Assembly (NCBI GenBank): GCA_002245135.1
Contig: NGBS01000586.1
Span: 186,001 to 250,000, forward strand
Source: Proteromonas lacertae
Lineage: Eukaryota
Reading direction: 5' to 3'
Length of the DNA stretch: 64,000 nucleotides
Position 1 is the stretch's first letter, and every line of letters begins with the position of its first letter. This document shows positions 1-15,962 of the stretch, piece by piece. Under the pieces are notes generated by a model. The model made no database searches. It saw only the letters and a list, made by a program, of their open reading frames with translations, and was not told the origin of the DNA. A program made the translations under genes and the position numbers.

Positions 1-517
1 CTGTTCTGATTGTTTCACTTTCTCAATATGTTGTTTTAATTCTTGTTGATTAAAAATATGAAATTTTGGATTTATAGAAAACTTATATTCATTTGATTTA
101 CTGCACAATAAGTCTAAAGGTATAGCTTGATCGATTACCATTTTAGAAGCAACTAATATTGAAGCTTCTTCATACAAAATATGATCATTTTCATTCTCTA
201 TGAACATTACTGTATATAATCTGTGAAATAATATTTTTGATAAAAATGTAAGTGATAATCTAGAAATAAAAACAAACCAATTATCAATACAGAGTATCTG
301 ATGGATACTTTCTGATTTCTTGGATGAGATCTAGAATTGCATGAATATTTTCACATGAACTAACTCTGAGACTATTTTTGGAGATAATATATCATAAAAA
401 ATACTTCATCTCTTCACCTAAACTAACACCTTTAAGTCTGGATGGTGAAAATAACTCAATAGCTCTATATGGAATAATTCTATTATCTTTATAATATTTT
501 GATGTTGAAACAGACAT
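1..517 (-). CDS. Partial gene (5' end only), unknown product
   Basis: ATG at 517 (MSVSTSKYYKDNRIIPYRAIELFSPSRLKG...), followed by short GTAT...AG introns; runs off the window start; divergent from the gene at 607. Confidence 0.6.
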
Positions 518-606
518 GAAAAATCAAAAAGTGTAATTCAGAGTAAATTTGTCAATTAAACATTACAGGCTTGAGTCTTCGAGTCTTACTCTTTTAAAAA
601 ATCATC

Positions 607-2124
607 ATGGAATCATTTTATATTGCTCTATTTGTTGTTTTTACAACAATCTGTGTGTCAATTAAATATTACACTCGAATTCCAAGCAATGTAAGCACAA
701 AGTATTTCTATATGTTTTCCTCACTTCTAGTAAACAATTTCAGAGACTCCAGATGAAATATTTGATAGCTTTCTATCTTTTCAAGTTGGCTGATTGGTGT
801 CAAGGTCCATACTTCTACGATGTGTATTTTTTCAGTTAGTTTTTTTATTATTTTTTAATCATAGATACCAACATAAAAAATGGAATGGAGAAACCTTATC
901 TGACACACTCGTAGGTGCTTTATTTTTATGTGGATTTTTATCAAGCATGATTTTTGGTACTTTCGTTGGAGGTTGGGTAGATCGATTAGGTCGTAAAAAG
1001 GGCTGTCAAATCTACTGTGGTTTATACACATTAGCTGCACTAAGTACTTATGCTGATAATTATTTCATCTTAATATCTGGCAGAATTTGTGGAGGAATTT
1101 CAACTTCATTGTTATTCTCTGCTCCTGAAGCCTGGTTAATAGGTGAACACAAAGCAGGCGGTTATCCTGAAGAATGGATAAACCATTTATTTGGTTGGGT
1201 ATTTTTTGGTGATTCAATAATGGCAATAATAGCAGGATTTATCTGTCAACCAGCTGCTAATAATTATGGATATAGTGGTCCATTCTTTGCAAGTGCTATA
1301 ATCTTAATAATTGCTTTAGTGTATATAACAATTGATTGGACAGAAAATTATGGTGATAAAAATGTGGTTGGAACTACTAATTTCAGTGATGCTTGGAAAG
1401 TGTGTAAAGAAAGAAAAGTATTTACACTAGGAATGATCCAAAGTTTATTTGAAGGTTCAATGTATGTGTTTGTATTATTATACGTTCCAATACTTCGAGA
1501 ATCTTCTAAAGAAAGTGGTGATCTTTATGGTGAACCTCCAATTGGTAATATCTTTTCAATTTATATGATTGGTTGTATGATAGGAAGTTCATTGTTTTCA
1601 ATGGCATTAGGTCGAAATTGGACAATAATGGAGATAGCTCGAGTAGTATTTATAATCGCAAGTAGTTCAATTGGTTGTTCAATATTATTAAAGAATTATG
1701 TATAAATATGTATTTATAATGTAAATAATAGTTTGTTGTAGTATTAATGTGTTATATCTTATTTGAAAGTACTGTAGGTAGTTATTACCCTTGTATTGGT
1801 TCAATGAGGAGTATAATAGTACCTGAGAAAGTAAGAAGTACTGTAATGAATTTCTATAGAATACCTGTATATATGAATATATATATATATATATATAATA
1901 TAGTTAAATTTGTTTGTGATCTTAGCATTTTTGAATATAGATAAATTAGGTCATTCTGGAACAATGTTTGTAGCTACCTTAGGTTTATGTGGTTGTTTTG
2001 TAGGTCAACAAATGTTAATGAATTGGCATAAATATTCAGAAGTATCTCATGGTCCAGGTATAATATAATATAATAACATATAATAATAGACAGTGATGAA
2101 ATCGAAAATGATGATAAAAAATAA
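607..2124 (+). CDS. MFSD5: MFS molybdate-anion transporter family protein, 5 short introns
   Basis: Spliced protein has LADWCQGPYFYDVY, DRLGRKKGC, GRICGGISTSLLFSAPEAWL, QSLFEGSMYVFV and RSTVMNFYRIP; introns e.g. 702-730 and 824-864. Confidence 0.85.
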
Positions 2125-2217
2125 AGAATTAAATAAAAATAAATGACTTATTTCTAATAATTTTTTGTGAAACACAGATATGATTATAAATATAACAGAA
2201 TAAACAATAAAATATAA

Positions 2218-5200
2218 TTATTCAACATTCAAGTATTGTTTTGATATTTCTTTCTTTTCTTCTTCTGATATTCCATTCAAATATATTATTCCTACAAATG
2301 AGAATGTTTCTAAAAAATATTCTAATTCTGATTTACCTATTTTCTCTTTAACAGTTATTGACAATTCATCTAAATTTTCAAATATTTCTTCATTACTCAT
2401 CATCATTCTTAATTCATTTTCATTTAATTCATTTCCTGATATGTCTATTTCATACAATCTTTCATTTCTTTTCAATCTTTCTATTAATGTTTTTAATCCC
2501 TTTTCACTCATTCCAATATCTATTCGAATGATATAATATTACTTATATAAATACTTGAGAGATTTAAGTAATATGGAGTTAAACCAAATTCAATTTCTTT
2601 ATATCTTATGTATTTATTCAAATCTTTGCATATTATCTCTACTCCTTCATCTCCAATTTCATTATTATATATTGAAATATAGTCTCCTTCTTCTGTTAAG
2701 CAATCTGTTAATTCTATCAATCTTTTATAAGTAATGTTATTATTGGATATATCAAGATAATAATAATCAATCTGCTTGATTAATGAAATGTGAGAATCAT
2801 TGATATTCATATCTATATCATGATAAAACAAAAATATATACTAGAAAAATAATATCTTCTATCATAATTTCTTTTTTTCTTTTTAATACAATAATCCAAA
2901 TAATACTCCAATTCATCATTACACCATGATAAATATTTCATTTCAATAAATGGATAATCTTCTTTTTCTAATGATTTTGAACAAATTACTTTCATTCCAC
3001 TCATTCTGATATTATTTCCTCTAAGATTTATTATATCACATTCTCCAATTGAATCTATTCTATTCTTTAATAATATTACACTTTCATCATTTATTGAGAT
3101 ATCATTCAGACTAATTTCATGTATTGGATAACCTTCCTTTAACATCTTTAAATTATCTAATAACAGTTTAAATCCAGTATTACCAAACGGATTATCTATT
3201 CAGTAAATAGCAAATAATATTATTAAAAATATATACTATTAATAAATATTTTTTCTATATTATCATTCTCTTTCACATAATTCATCAAATATTCAATTCC
3301 AGATGAATCTATATTATTTTCACTTACATTAACCCATATCTTTCCTTGAAAATTCTTTAAATCATCTAATAAATACTTCAATCCTACTGAAGATATTCCC
3401 ATTTCTATTACAAATTACATAATTATTATTATAATACTTAAACAATTAACTATTCCATTCATCATTAACAGATGCACATAAGGAGATAATATTTTCATTC
3501 CTTCATCTTCTATTTCATTTCCATGTAATAGAAGATATTTAAGATTTGTGAATGAAGATAAATTGTTTATCAGTAATTCAACACTTTTATATGTTAATTT
3601 ATTATCTAAATAATAGAAAATTATCAAATTATACTACTCAAATCTAATTCACTTATTTCTTTTAATTCATTTAATCTTTCAGATATGAATGATTTGAAAA
3701 AAATGTCATCAATACCTGAATCACTCATGTTTAATATATATATGCCATAATAATAATATATAATGAATTTACAATCAGAATAAAAATCTATTTTTGAAAT
3801 AGGAAATTTGGAGGATAAGGCTTTTAATCCTTTTGAATGAATATTTTTATTTCCATAAATATTTATTCTGTTGAGATTTGGATATTTATATAACTCTTCT
3901 GATAATAATATCATTGGTTCATCATTTAATCTCATTTCTCTAAGAATCAATTCATTATTTCTGTCGATTAATAGATGTAAATATGGAAGTAATAACTTAA
4001 AGCCTTTTGGTCCAATTGGATTAGCTATTATAAATAAATGTAATTATAGCATAATAAATACATGTAAGATTTACATATTTCAAATTAGCGAATGGAATCG
4101 ATTTGACTAATGATTGAATAAAATAAAATGAAATATTACATCCTGCTAAATCTAATTCTTGTAGATTTGATAATTGTGATAAAGATAGAAATAATGTTTT
4201 ACCTAGAATTGAACTAATATAATCTAAAATATTATACATAACAAATTAAATATATACCAAATATCAGTTTCAATGGATTGATAAATTTCAATACTCTGAA
4301 GAAATAATTAAGTCCTTCTTCACAGAAACAAATATTTCCAACTTCAATTTCAATTTCACTTTTATATTTAAAACAATTAAAAATCATTTCATCTAAAAAA
4401 TATTCATTTCCATATTCACATCTGTGATGAACTTGAAATTTTAGTTTACCTTCTATTGAGTAATCTCTTTTCTTTGATTTTATCACTATCAGCATTAATA
4501 GAATTTTATCATTTGCTATTCTATTGTACAACTCGATCAAACTATCTCGAACTTCTTCTTCTTTGTTGTATTGGACATAATATTCTACTTTTAAAGTAAA
4601 TGGTGAGATTTCTATTAAATAATTGTTATTCAATAATATCTCTTTTCTTTCTTTACATATATTTAATTTTTTATTTTCGTCTCTCAATATTTCACTCATT
4701 TTTATCATTTCTTTTCTCAACTCTTTCAAACTCATTCTATCTTCCTTATTCACTTTTAACATTCGTTCTATTATCTCTTTCATCAATTCATTATCATATT
4801 TTACATCTAAATTGTATTTACATCTCATGATATTCTCTCTTGTTCTATTCATATTATCATCTTCATTAAATGGTAATTTCTTACAAATCATCTCATATAA
4901 TATACAACCAATTGACCAAATTACACTTCTCTCATTCAACTCTAACCCATTCAACTCTTCTGGGGATTTATAGCATATATCATATAATCTCATATCATCT
5001 TCTTTTCTCAATACATCCAAGCATAAATCACACATCTTTAGATTATCTTCACTGTCATATATTACATTACTACTCTTCAAATTACTTATTACTACAATAT
5101 CATATTCATTCAATACTATCATAATATCACATACACTACACATTATATTACTAATATCATCGTTTGACAAGCATTTACAACTAAGTATCTCGTCTAAATC

Positions 5201-5520
5201 TCTTGAGTAATAATCTCTCTTCAATGTCATATATTCACTGTCATTATACAATTGAAGAAGTTCAGAAGGATAAGTGAAGACAATACAACATTCTAACAAC
5301 ACTAAGTTATTCTCTAGGAATTTCGATTTTCTTTTTTCTTTTATCTCATTCACCTTTAATATTTTAACCTTCTTAACATAGTTTTTATGTTGAACTACCA
5401 AATCTACTTCATTATCGCTTTTTTTCACTCTTTCTTTTATCTAAAAAATAAACTAACAAAAAATACTTCGCTATTACAAGGTATTACTGAGTAGTGTACA
5501 TTATCTAAAAAGTTATTCAT
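2218..5520 (-). CDS. Degenerate (pseudo)kinase fused to RNI-like leucine-rich repeats, multi-intron
   Basis: Kinase C-lobe motifs (YKSPE, IWSIGCILYEM, RMLKVNKEDR), but HRD reads ISN and DFG reads DLC; many LxxLxLxxNxIxDxG repeats; ATG 5520 splices in frame to ORF 4232..5428. Confidence 0.8.
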
Positions 5521-5849
5521 AATTTATAGATTCAAAAATCTATTCGTTTCTTTTTTTTAATTTTTTTAATTTTTATACGAAATAAAAGAAAATATTCCAA
5601 ATAAATAGCATAAAGAGAAATAATAGCATATATTGAATAGTATAATGCCAGAAAAAAACAATTCAAATCTATCTAATCAACTCATAAACCCAATTAAAAA
5701 CATATCACTTATATCTAACATAAAAGCTAAATCTTCAACACATCAAATATAATTTCAAGCAATTCGCTTAACAAAAAAACACATATAAGCAAATCTATTG
5801 GATATTTAAAGAATTCTCAAATCTTCTTAATCTTTCTTTATTTCATACT

Positions 5850-6454
5850 ATGAGTAAAATTGAAAAACCAGTACTTCCATACGCTGAAAATGCATTAGAA
5901 CCTCATATTTCAGCTAAGACACTTCAGTATCACTATGGCAAACACCATATGAACTATTATAATTTTATATCAAATACTGAAGAAGCAAAAACAATGACAT
6001 TAGAAGAAATCATTAAAACCAAATCAGGAGCTGTATTTAACAATGCTGCCCAATGCTGGAATCACAGCTTTTATTGGAATGTATCTATTTTGATTATATA
6101 TAATCTTAGAGCATGAAACCTAATGGAGGTGGTGAACCAACAGGTAAAATAAAGGATTTGATCAATCAAAGCTTTGGATCCTTTGAAGAATTCAAGAAGA
6201 AGTTCTCTCAAACAGCTGCTGGTCATTTTGGTTCAGGATGGGTATGGCTTGTACAAACTAGTGATGGCAAATTAGCAATTCAAGAAGGACATGATGCAAT
6301 GACACCTATTAGAGATGGATCAGGAACTCCATTACTCAACTGTGATATTTGGGAACATGCGTACTACTTAGATTACCAAAATGCAAGACCAGAATACCTC
6401 ACACATTGGTGGAATTTAGTTAATTGGGATTGGGCTAATGCTCATCTTAAATAA
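5850..6454 (+). CDS. FeSOD: Iron superoxide dismutase, no obvious targeting peptide; intron 6081-6109
   Basis: LPYAENALEPHIS, HYGKHH, FNNAAQCWNHSFYW, FGSGWVWL and DIWEHAYYLDYQN motifs. Confidence 0.95.
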
Positions 6455-6565
6455 ACTAACTGCAAATTATGCACATATATGAACGTTAAATTGTGTGTGT
6501 TTTTCTTTAATAATAACATCAAAAAAACATGTTTAAATAAATTAAAAAGAAAGAATAAACAGAAT

Positions 6566-7804
<1,239 letters not shown>

Positions 7805-7932
7805 GATTTGAATTTAAAACTGAAACAAATACACTAATACATTGTATTAATTGTATTAATCAAAAAATTCATCATTTTTTTATTCTCCGAAAGTGTATTG
7901 TTATATGCATATTATCTGGTATAGAAATTTGA

Positions 7933-10366
7933 ATGAACATGGATGACACATCATCAACTGAAGATAAGGACGGACTTCGTTTCTCATGGGGAGTATGGCC
8001 TTCAACCAAAATAGAAGTAAGTAAAATTGTTGTTCCACCAGCATGCCTGTATTTATCTATTTATAATTTAAAAATTACTAGATACTCACCATTTAAGGTT
8101 CTAGAAGACATGCCTGCTCCATTACCTTATCAACCCATCAGATGCAAAGGAGCAAGTTGTGGTTGTGTTTTAAACCCTTTTTGTGGAATTGATTTTAGAA
8201 GTAAATTATGGACTTGTCCCTTTTGTCAACAAAGAAATCATTTCCCACCGAATTATGCAGAAGTGATTACTGAAACTAATTTACCAGCTGAGTTATTCCC
8301 TAAGTACACCACTGTTGAATATGAACCACCAGTTCAGCAAAATATCCTTCATCCTCCTATTTTCTTGTTTGTGGTATATATATTATTAATATTTATTGAA
8401 ATTTAGATTGATACAACAGTGGATGAAGAATCTTTAACCTCATTGAAAGATACAATTCAACAAGCATTGGAAGAGATTCCAGATAACGCTATAGGTATTT
8501 ATATATATTAATTTATCTAAATAGTTGGAATTATTACATTTGGAACTCATGTTTATGTTCACGAAATTTGTACTTCAGGAATACCCAAGAGTTATGCATT
8601 CCGAGGTAGTAAGATATACGAACACCAAAAAGTAGTTGAAATGTTGGGATTAAATCGAAGAGTTCAAGCCTCAAACATTCCAGGTACAAATCAGCCATTA
8701 CCACCAGCATTGAAATTTTTACAACCAAAAGCTCAATGTGAATATGAATTTGGTAATATTTTAGATGATATTACTAAAGATCCAGTATATTTATATAATA
8801 ATAATAATAATAATATAGTGGCCTGTTACTAGTGAAAATAGAGCATCAAGATGTACCGGAGCTGCCTTATCAATTGCTGTGAGTTTATTAGAATCATGTT
8901 TCCCTCGTTCTGGTGCTAGAATTATGACATTTGTAGGTGGTGTTTGTACAATTGGTCCAGGAATGGTATTAGGTACAAAATTATCAGAAGAAATGAGATC
9001 TCATACTGATATAAAGAAAGGTAATGCCAAACATTTACAAGCTGCCACTCAATTCTATGATGAATTAGCTCAAAGATGTATTAAGAATTTACATACAATT
9101 GATTTATTTGCCTGCTGTTTAGATCAAGTTGGTTTATTAGAAATGCACAGTTGTATTGAAAAGACAGGTGGTTTAGTTGTCTTAACTGATAGTATGAAAG
9201 TATCAATGTTTAAAGAATCATTCCGAAGAGTGTTTAGTAAATTCGGTGAAGATGCACAACCAGAGGAACAAAAGTATTTAGCAATGGCATTTGGTGCAAG
9301 TTGTGATATATTAACATCAAAGGAATATCAAGTACAAGGTTGTATCGGACCATGCTATAGCCTCAATGTCAAAAATCCTTGTGTAAGTGATACAATATTA
9401 GGTGAAGGAGGAACATCATCATGGTATTTAGGAGCATTAGATACTCAAACAACTTTGGCATTCTATTTCGATGTTAATAATACATCTTCAACTCCTATCT
9501 CTCAATCTCAACCAAGGTGTTTGCAGATTATTACAAGATACCAACATTCAAATGGTAAGAATAGAATTAGAGTTACTACATCAATGGGAGCTTGGAATTC
9601 TGATCCTAGTAACAATATCCCAGTATCTTGTAGTTTCGATCAAGAATGTGCTACAGCTTTAATGGCAAGAATTGCAGCTCATAGAACTCAAGAGGAAGAT
9701 GCTGGTGATGTATTGAGATGGTTAGATCGATCTTTGATTAGATTAATTGCTAAATTTGCAGATTATCGTCCTAATGATCCTAACTCATTGAAATTATCAA
9801 ATGAATTCAATTTCTATCCACAATTCATGTTTCATTTAAGAAGAAGCCAATTCCTAGAATCGTTAAACTGTTCTCCAGATGAAAGTACTTATAACAGAAT
9901 GATGTTAGAACGTCAAAATACTAGAAATTCACTTGTAATGATTCAACCTGCATTATTATCCTACTCCTTCCAAGGATCTCCTATTCCAGTGTTATTAGAT
10001 GTAACAAGTGTAAGAGCTGATGCTATTTTATTATTAGATACATTCTTCCACGTTGTTATCTTCTATGGTTCTACAATGGCACAATGGAGAGATGCTGGTT
10101 ATCAGAATTTACCTGAACATGCAAACTTCAAAAGATTATTAGAACAGCCACAAGAACATGCTCAAGAGATAATGAGTAATAGATTCCCAGTTCCAAGATT
10201 CATATTATGTGATCAATATAAATCACAGAGTAGATTCTTAATGGCAAAATTGAATCCTTCTATTACACATCGTAATGTGGATGGTGCACATGCTCCTGTA
10301 TTTACTGATGATGTATCATTGAGTGTGTTTATGGAACATTTGAAAAAGATTTCTGTGCAACAGTAA
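7933..10366 (+). CDS. SEC23: COPII coat subunit Sec23, 4 coding introns
   Basis: DGLRFSW, VLNPFC...WTCPFC zinc finger, FDQE, LRWLDRSLIRL, YPQFMFHLRRSQFL and TDDVSLSVFMEHLKK. Confidence 0.97.
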
Positions 10367-10468
10367 GATTATATCATATTATTATTATTATTATTACAAT
10401 GGTTAAAATATGTGTATGTGTTTTTTAACAAATTCAACATAATTATAAAATCAAAATCATATTAAGAG

Positions 10469-13400
10469 CTATTTTTTCATATTATCAGTTATGTGGAATT
10501 TAACATCAAACCCATAATAACTAAATACATCTTCACTACTAAAACACTCCATCATAACACTAATTTGTTCTTCAGTGAGTATATTATCAGTTAATATATT
10601 AATATTTCTCAATAATAACTCTAAATCTTTGATATTAATCGATTTATTATTTGTTTCATCATAAATGAAGAATAGTTGCTGTAATTGATATCTATATTTA
10701 TACATAAACAATGTCATTGTCTGATGAATGTTGAACAATAAATGATTATTTTTACTTTTCACTTTAATACAATCATAAAAAGCTTTATAACAGATTTTAC
10801 CACTACTTGTATCATCTATACAATCACTCAATCTACTTATATCTTCATCTTTTAATCTGAAATGCAAATTCTATTTAAAATAATAATAAAACAAAGTATA
10901 TATATATATATATATATACAGTTAATAATTCATAAAAATCACTTACTGTAATATCACCAATATTTTCTTTATCAAAATCTTTATATAAACTACGAATTAA
11001 CATATCATCCTCCAATAATGAAACACTAATCTATAAATATATATAAATACATAATAATAATAATTATTATTATTATATACTTTTTGAACCAATATTCCAA
11101 ACATTTTATCTTCTTTTATCTCACTGATAAGACTTTTCATTTGTTCATTTGGTTCAAACGATACAGTAAAATTGTTTTTAAATTCAGTCAAATTGATCAT
11201 ATGGTTTGATGTTTGAGGCAATATACGAATTAATTGTCTTATCTATTCAAATAATGATAATTATAAAAATAACAAATTATATAATATTATATACTTCATA
11301 TTCTGATAAACCAATATTAGTAGCTGACATTAAATTCATTAATTCCATATCACCTAAGAATTCACAATTACTATGATCTTCTTTAAGACTCTATAAATAA
11401 AACGAATAGTTAAATATATATATATATACAGAGATAATATTAGATAATAAAATATATATTCGTTTTGATATTTTATCAACTAATGGAACAATCAAAGATT
11501 CACGAATATCTTCATAAATTGCACTAAACCTATCTAAAAAGTCATTATATTTAACTAATCCATCATTTTCTAATTTCAATAAATCTTTACTTAAATGTAA
11601 CAAAGGTAAATCAACTCTAAATACATTCTTTAAACATAAACTCCAATCTAATAAACAGATTTTCCCTGTATTATTTAAGTCTTTTTGACTTGAATACCAA
11701 TATAATTCACTCTTATGATATATAATTTCTTCTCTCATCAATTCAATAGTTAATTCTTTCAAACTTTTAAACAATTTTAATGACAATTTCTTATCTTTTT
11801 CCATATCAGGACTATAATATTGTTGAATTTCTGGATGTAAATCACAGCTAAAACGAATATAACCACCTTTATTGTTATTAATATTTCTAAAACAAGAAGC
11901 AGAAAATACACTAATAACCCTATTCTCATGTAATACTTCATATCCTTCTTGAATATATTCATGACTTCTAACAATCAAAACACACTTATTATTCTTACAA
12001 AAGTTGGTGGATAAATCATTTCCATACTCTACACCTAATCCAATTGAACTTGGTTTATATCCACTAAATGCATCTTTATAAAAACTACAAGGACGTGGAT
12101 CACTCCATATTAAACATTCAAATAAATGATCTTCGTAATTAACTCCATGTTCTGGACAATCTCTATGTCTCTAAAATATAATAAAAATATATGAATTTAT
12201 ACATTTATATAATTAATTTGTTTAAGTCTCAAATAACTATCTTCACTAATCCCACCATGAACTACAAATATCTTTTCATCAATTAATGCTGCTAATGGTA
12301 ATTCGTGATAGAGAAATTCAACTAATTGTAATATTCGATTTGGTCTAGTTGGATCATCATCATCATTTCCATTGTATTTCTTTTTTACTTCATTACTAAA
12401 ACCCTGTTCATAAATAAAATAAAATAAAATATATTAATAATGATTATATATACAAACATATGGTTATATTTCAAATTCTCATGACATCCTCTTAAATGAA
12501 ATACACTCTCAGGATATAGTAATTTAAACGCCAATATAGTCATTAATACTTCAATTCCATTCTCACCATAATCAACATAATCGCCAGTGAATAAATACAT
12601 ATTAGATGGAGAAGGTAAACCATTTAAACTTAGAATTGTAAATAAATCCTATTAATAATAATAATAATAATAAATATATATATATATACTTCAAGTTGTC
12701 CATTCAAATTCCCTACAATAGTTATACCACTTTGTTTAGGAATGGTTATTTCCATCATATTCTTACTCTCTTGATATAATAAACCGCATTCATATAATAT
12801 AGTAGTAACATAATTATAATGTAATATTTCATGATTCTTAAATGATTCCATTAGAGAAATAACTTGTTCTAATCTTAGTGGAAAATCTAATTTCATTCCT
12901 CGATAATGTTGAATATTAATTCCTTCAATTATATTCATTTTCCCGTGAGTTAATTTGGTTTCTATTTATATATATATATATATAATATTAATATATACGA
13001 TTATATGTAGTATCTATTTCCCAATTTAATACTTTGTCATACTGTTTTTCTTCCTTCTTTGATATTTGTAACAGTTTTTGTAAGTTTTTATTGCCATTTA
13101 ATAAATACTAATAATAATTGTTATATATTGATATACTCTTTGGCTAATTCTATCTAAGTGTTTCCATGTATATAAGTACAATCTCTTTTCTACTCTCTTC
13201 TTTGATAAGAATTTTCTAATACAACATTCTATTATCACACTGGCTTGAGTTTCACGACTAAATGTCTAATTATGATGATTGTGTTAAGTTATACAGAAAC
13301 TCTATTCATAGGGACGAAGATTCCATAACCATAAACACATTTGAAGTATGTTTTACCTTCAAAATCCCCACTGCTATTACCACGATTAGATGATAATTCA

Positions 13401-13536
13401 ATTCCAACTATTACTTCTTCATGACCTTCAACTGAACCGATATACCTAATTCTCTAGGATATTACAAAATATATAATACTCCATCATAATGCTGGTACAT
13501 TAGTACTTTATCACCATGTCTAAGTGACCTTAACAT
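10469..13536 (-). CDS. CAP-Gly + IQ-like + PPEF/RdgC-type PPP phosphatase (degenerate) + EF-hand protein
   Basis: Spliced N-terminus GRIRYIGSVEG...VGIEL...GDFEGKTYFKC..GYGIFV; PPP motifs GNLNG, GDYVDYG, RGCHE, HGG, WSDP, RSHE, VFSAS; C-terminal EF-hand-like loops. Confidence 0.85.
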
Positions 13537-13708
13537 TATTCAATCAATCAATAATTCAAAAACTGTTTTAAAAAATCACAAACAAGAATTCAAGCTTATC
13601 ATATCTTTGATTCTTTATTAATGCAATAATGTCTTTAATCGATTCATATTTCATTCAATAAACAAAAAATCAACATCAAATAAAGAAAAAAAATTAAATA
13701 TAAGTTAA

Positions 13709-15798
13709 CTAATCTTTCTTTTTCTTATTTTTCTTCTTTTCTTCCTTTTCTCTCTTTCTTCTTTCTGTTCTATTTAATTTCAAAGACTTTTCCATCTCTT
13801 TTTCCAAACATTTTTCAAATTCTTCTAATTTTGGTAGGTTTTCTATATTCTCATTTTCTTCACTAAAATCCCAATAACTATCAACTTTTTCATTGTATTT
13901 ACCTTTATTCTTTCGTTTCTTTGAAGTCTTTCCTCTAATCCATTTATAAAATCTATAAATTATCTTCTCATATATAAAAGAAAGTATGTAACATAATAAA
14001 TAATATAAAATAATCAATATTCTGATAGGAATCTGTTTATAATCTGAGAAAAATTCTTTAATTAAGAATAAATTTTGATCATTAATAAGAATACCATATA
14101 CACACTCAAGATATTGATATATAATCACAAGTATAGCGATTGGTAAGTGTTTATAATTAACAACAAATGGTATCTTTTCATTTCTTTCTTTTTCAGTCTT
14201 TTCAACTTTCTCTAATATTTTATTCATTCTTTTGATTTCTTTCATTTTATTAAACACTTGAATCTTTCCATTATATTCTTTTCGTTTCTTTTCATCTTTT
14301 AATACATTATAAGCAAAATTAATTGCACTAAATTGAGAAGAAGCATAACGAATCTATTTTTAAAACAAAAATTAATATATATTTATACTTCTGGTTCAAT
14401 TTCAGATGAATGTCTATCTGGATGCCATTTCATTGCTTTTTTCTTATAAATTTTATCTAATTTCTTCACATCAATGTCATTTGTAGCAGTCTCATTATTC
14501 AAATCTAATATTTCATAGTAATTCTTCATTTTTGCATTTTTAATTTCTTTTTCACATTTTTCTATCTTTTCAGTTGTTTTGTCATTTTTTCCTAACAATT
14601 CTTCTGATTTTTTATAACATAAAACAGCTTCATTTAAATTCTCAATACATAAATAATAACATAAAGTCTCACCTTTGCCATAATACGATTTACCATTCTC
14701 TTCGTTATATTCTATTGACATATTGAAATATATATAACTGTTGTGATAATCCTTCTTTGCCAAATAGATAACTCCACAATTACAACTTAGAAATGAGTTG
14801 ATTAATCGATTATAACTATCAATTTGTAATGCATTTAAATATATTTCTAAAGATTCATCATACTATTTATTAATAAAATAATTAAAAACAAATTATACTT
14901 CTTTTTCTTTATATAATGTTTTTGCTTTTTCTATTGACTTTGTAAATAAATTTATTTTATTTTTCAATTGGTTTATTTTGTTTTGAAAATCTTTATTTAC
15001 TTCTTCAATATTTATTGAATTAATAATTTTTGTTGCTTTTTCTAATTCATTCTATTATAGCGAATAATATATTATATCATAAATACATTCATATAATAAA
15101 TAAATGATCTATAATATATCCTTTCTATTTCATTCGAACATGTTTGACTTAGATTCAAACTTCTACCTAAATCTCCATAAATACATAAACTCTATAATAA
15201 AAAAAATAGATTATATATAAAAAATACCAAAATTTTCTTTTCAAATAAACATGGATAATTTGGTGATTTCTCTTCTAATTGAAGTAAACAATTATAACTC
15301 TTTATCCCATTGCTTTTATTTACATTTTTATAACATTTTTCAATCTCAGAACACAATCCATTACATTCATCTAATATCGATTTATCTTCTTTTATATTTT
15401 CGCTTTCACCATAACTGTGTACTATATTTGTGTAATATTTATATGCAGATTCATAGTTTCCTTGTAATATAGAGATTTTAAAGCATCTTTGGATGATTTT
15501 TTCTGATTCACCAAAATCTTTTAAAATCTATAAGAGTAACAACATTACTGATGTATACATTTTCACATATTTCCAGTGCTTTATCATATTCTTTAGTCAT
15601 CATATACACAGATGCTTGATTATACAAATATGTAGAATTAGTCTTATCCTGATGGAATGCTGCTTCATAGCATTTCAATGATTTACTATGTAACATTATA
15701 GAATAATGTACATACTCATATTTCTTCTCTGAATAATACTTATTGCCTAGTACCTTCAATTCTTCTGGAGTAAGGGTAGTATCGAAATTATTAGACAT
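13709..15798 (-). CDS. TPR-repeat + DnaJ-domain protein with C-terminal hydrophobic segments (DNAJC7-like architecture)
   Basis: EELKVLGNKYY TPR start; NYYEILD...YKKKAMKWHPDRH J-domain; six short introns. Confidence 0.85.
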
Positions 15799-15962
15799 AT
15801 TTAATTCAAATTATACCAATTAAAAGATAATTAAATAATTATGTATAACAAAAATGGCAATTTAAATTTTGATAGGGGTTAGCGAAAATTATTCTTTTCA
15901 TAACCCATGAAACATTAAAATTGAATAAAAATAGTAAAAAATTAAAAAAATAATTAATTAAT

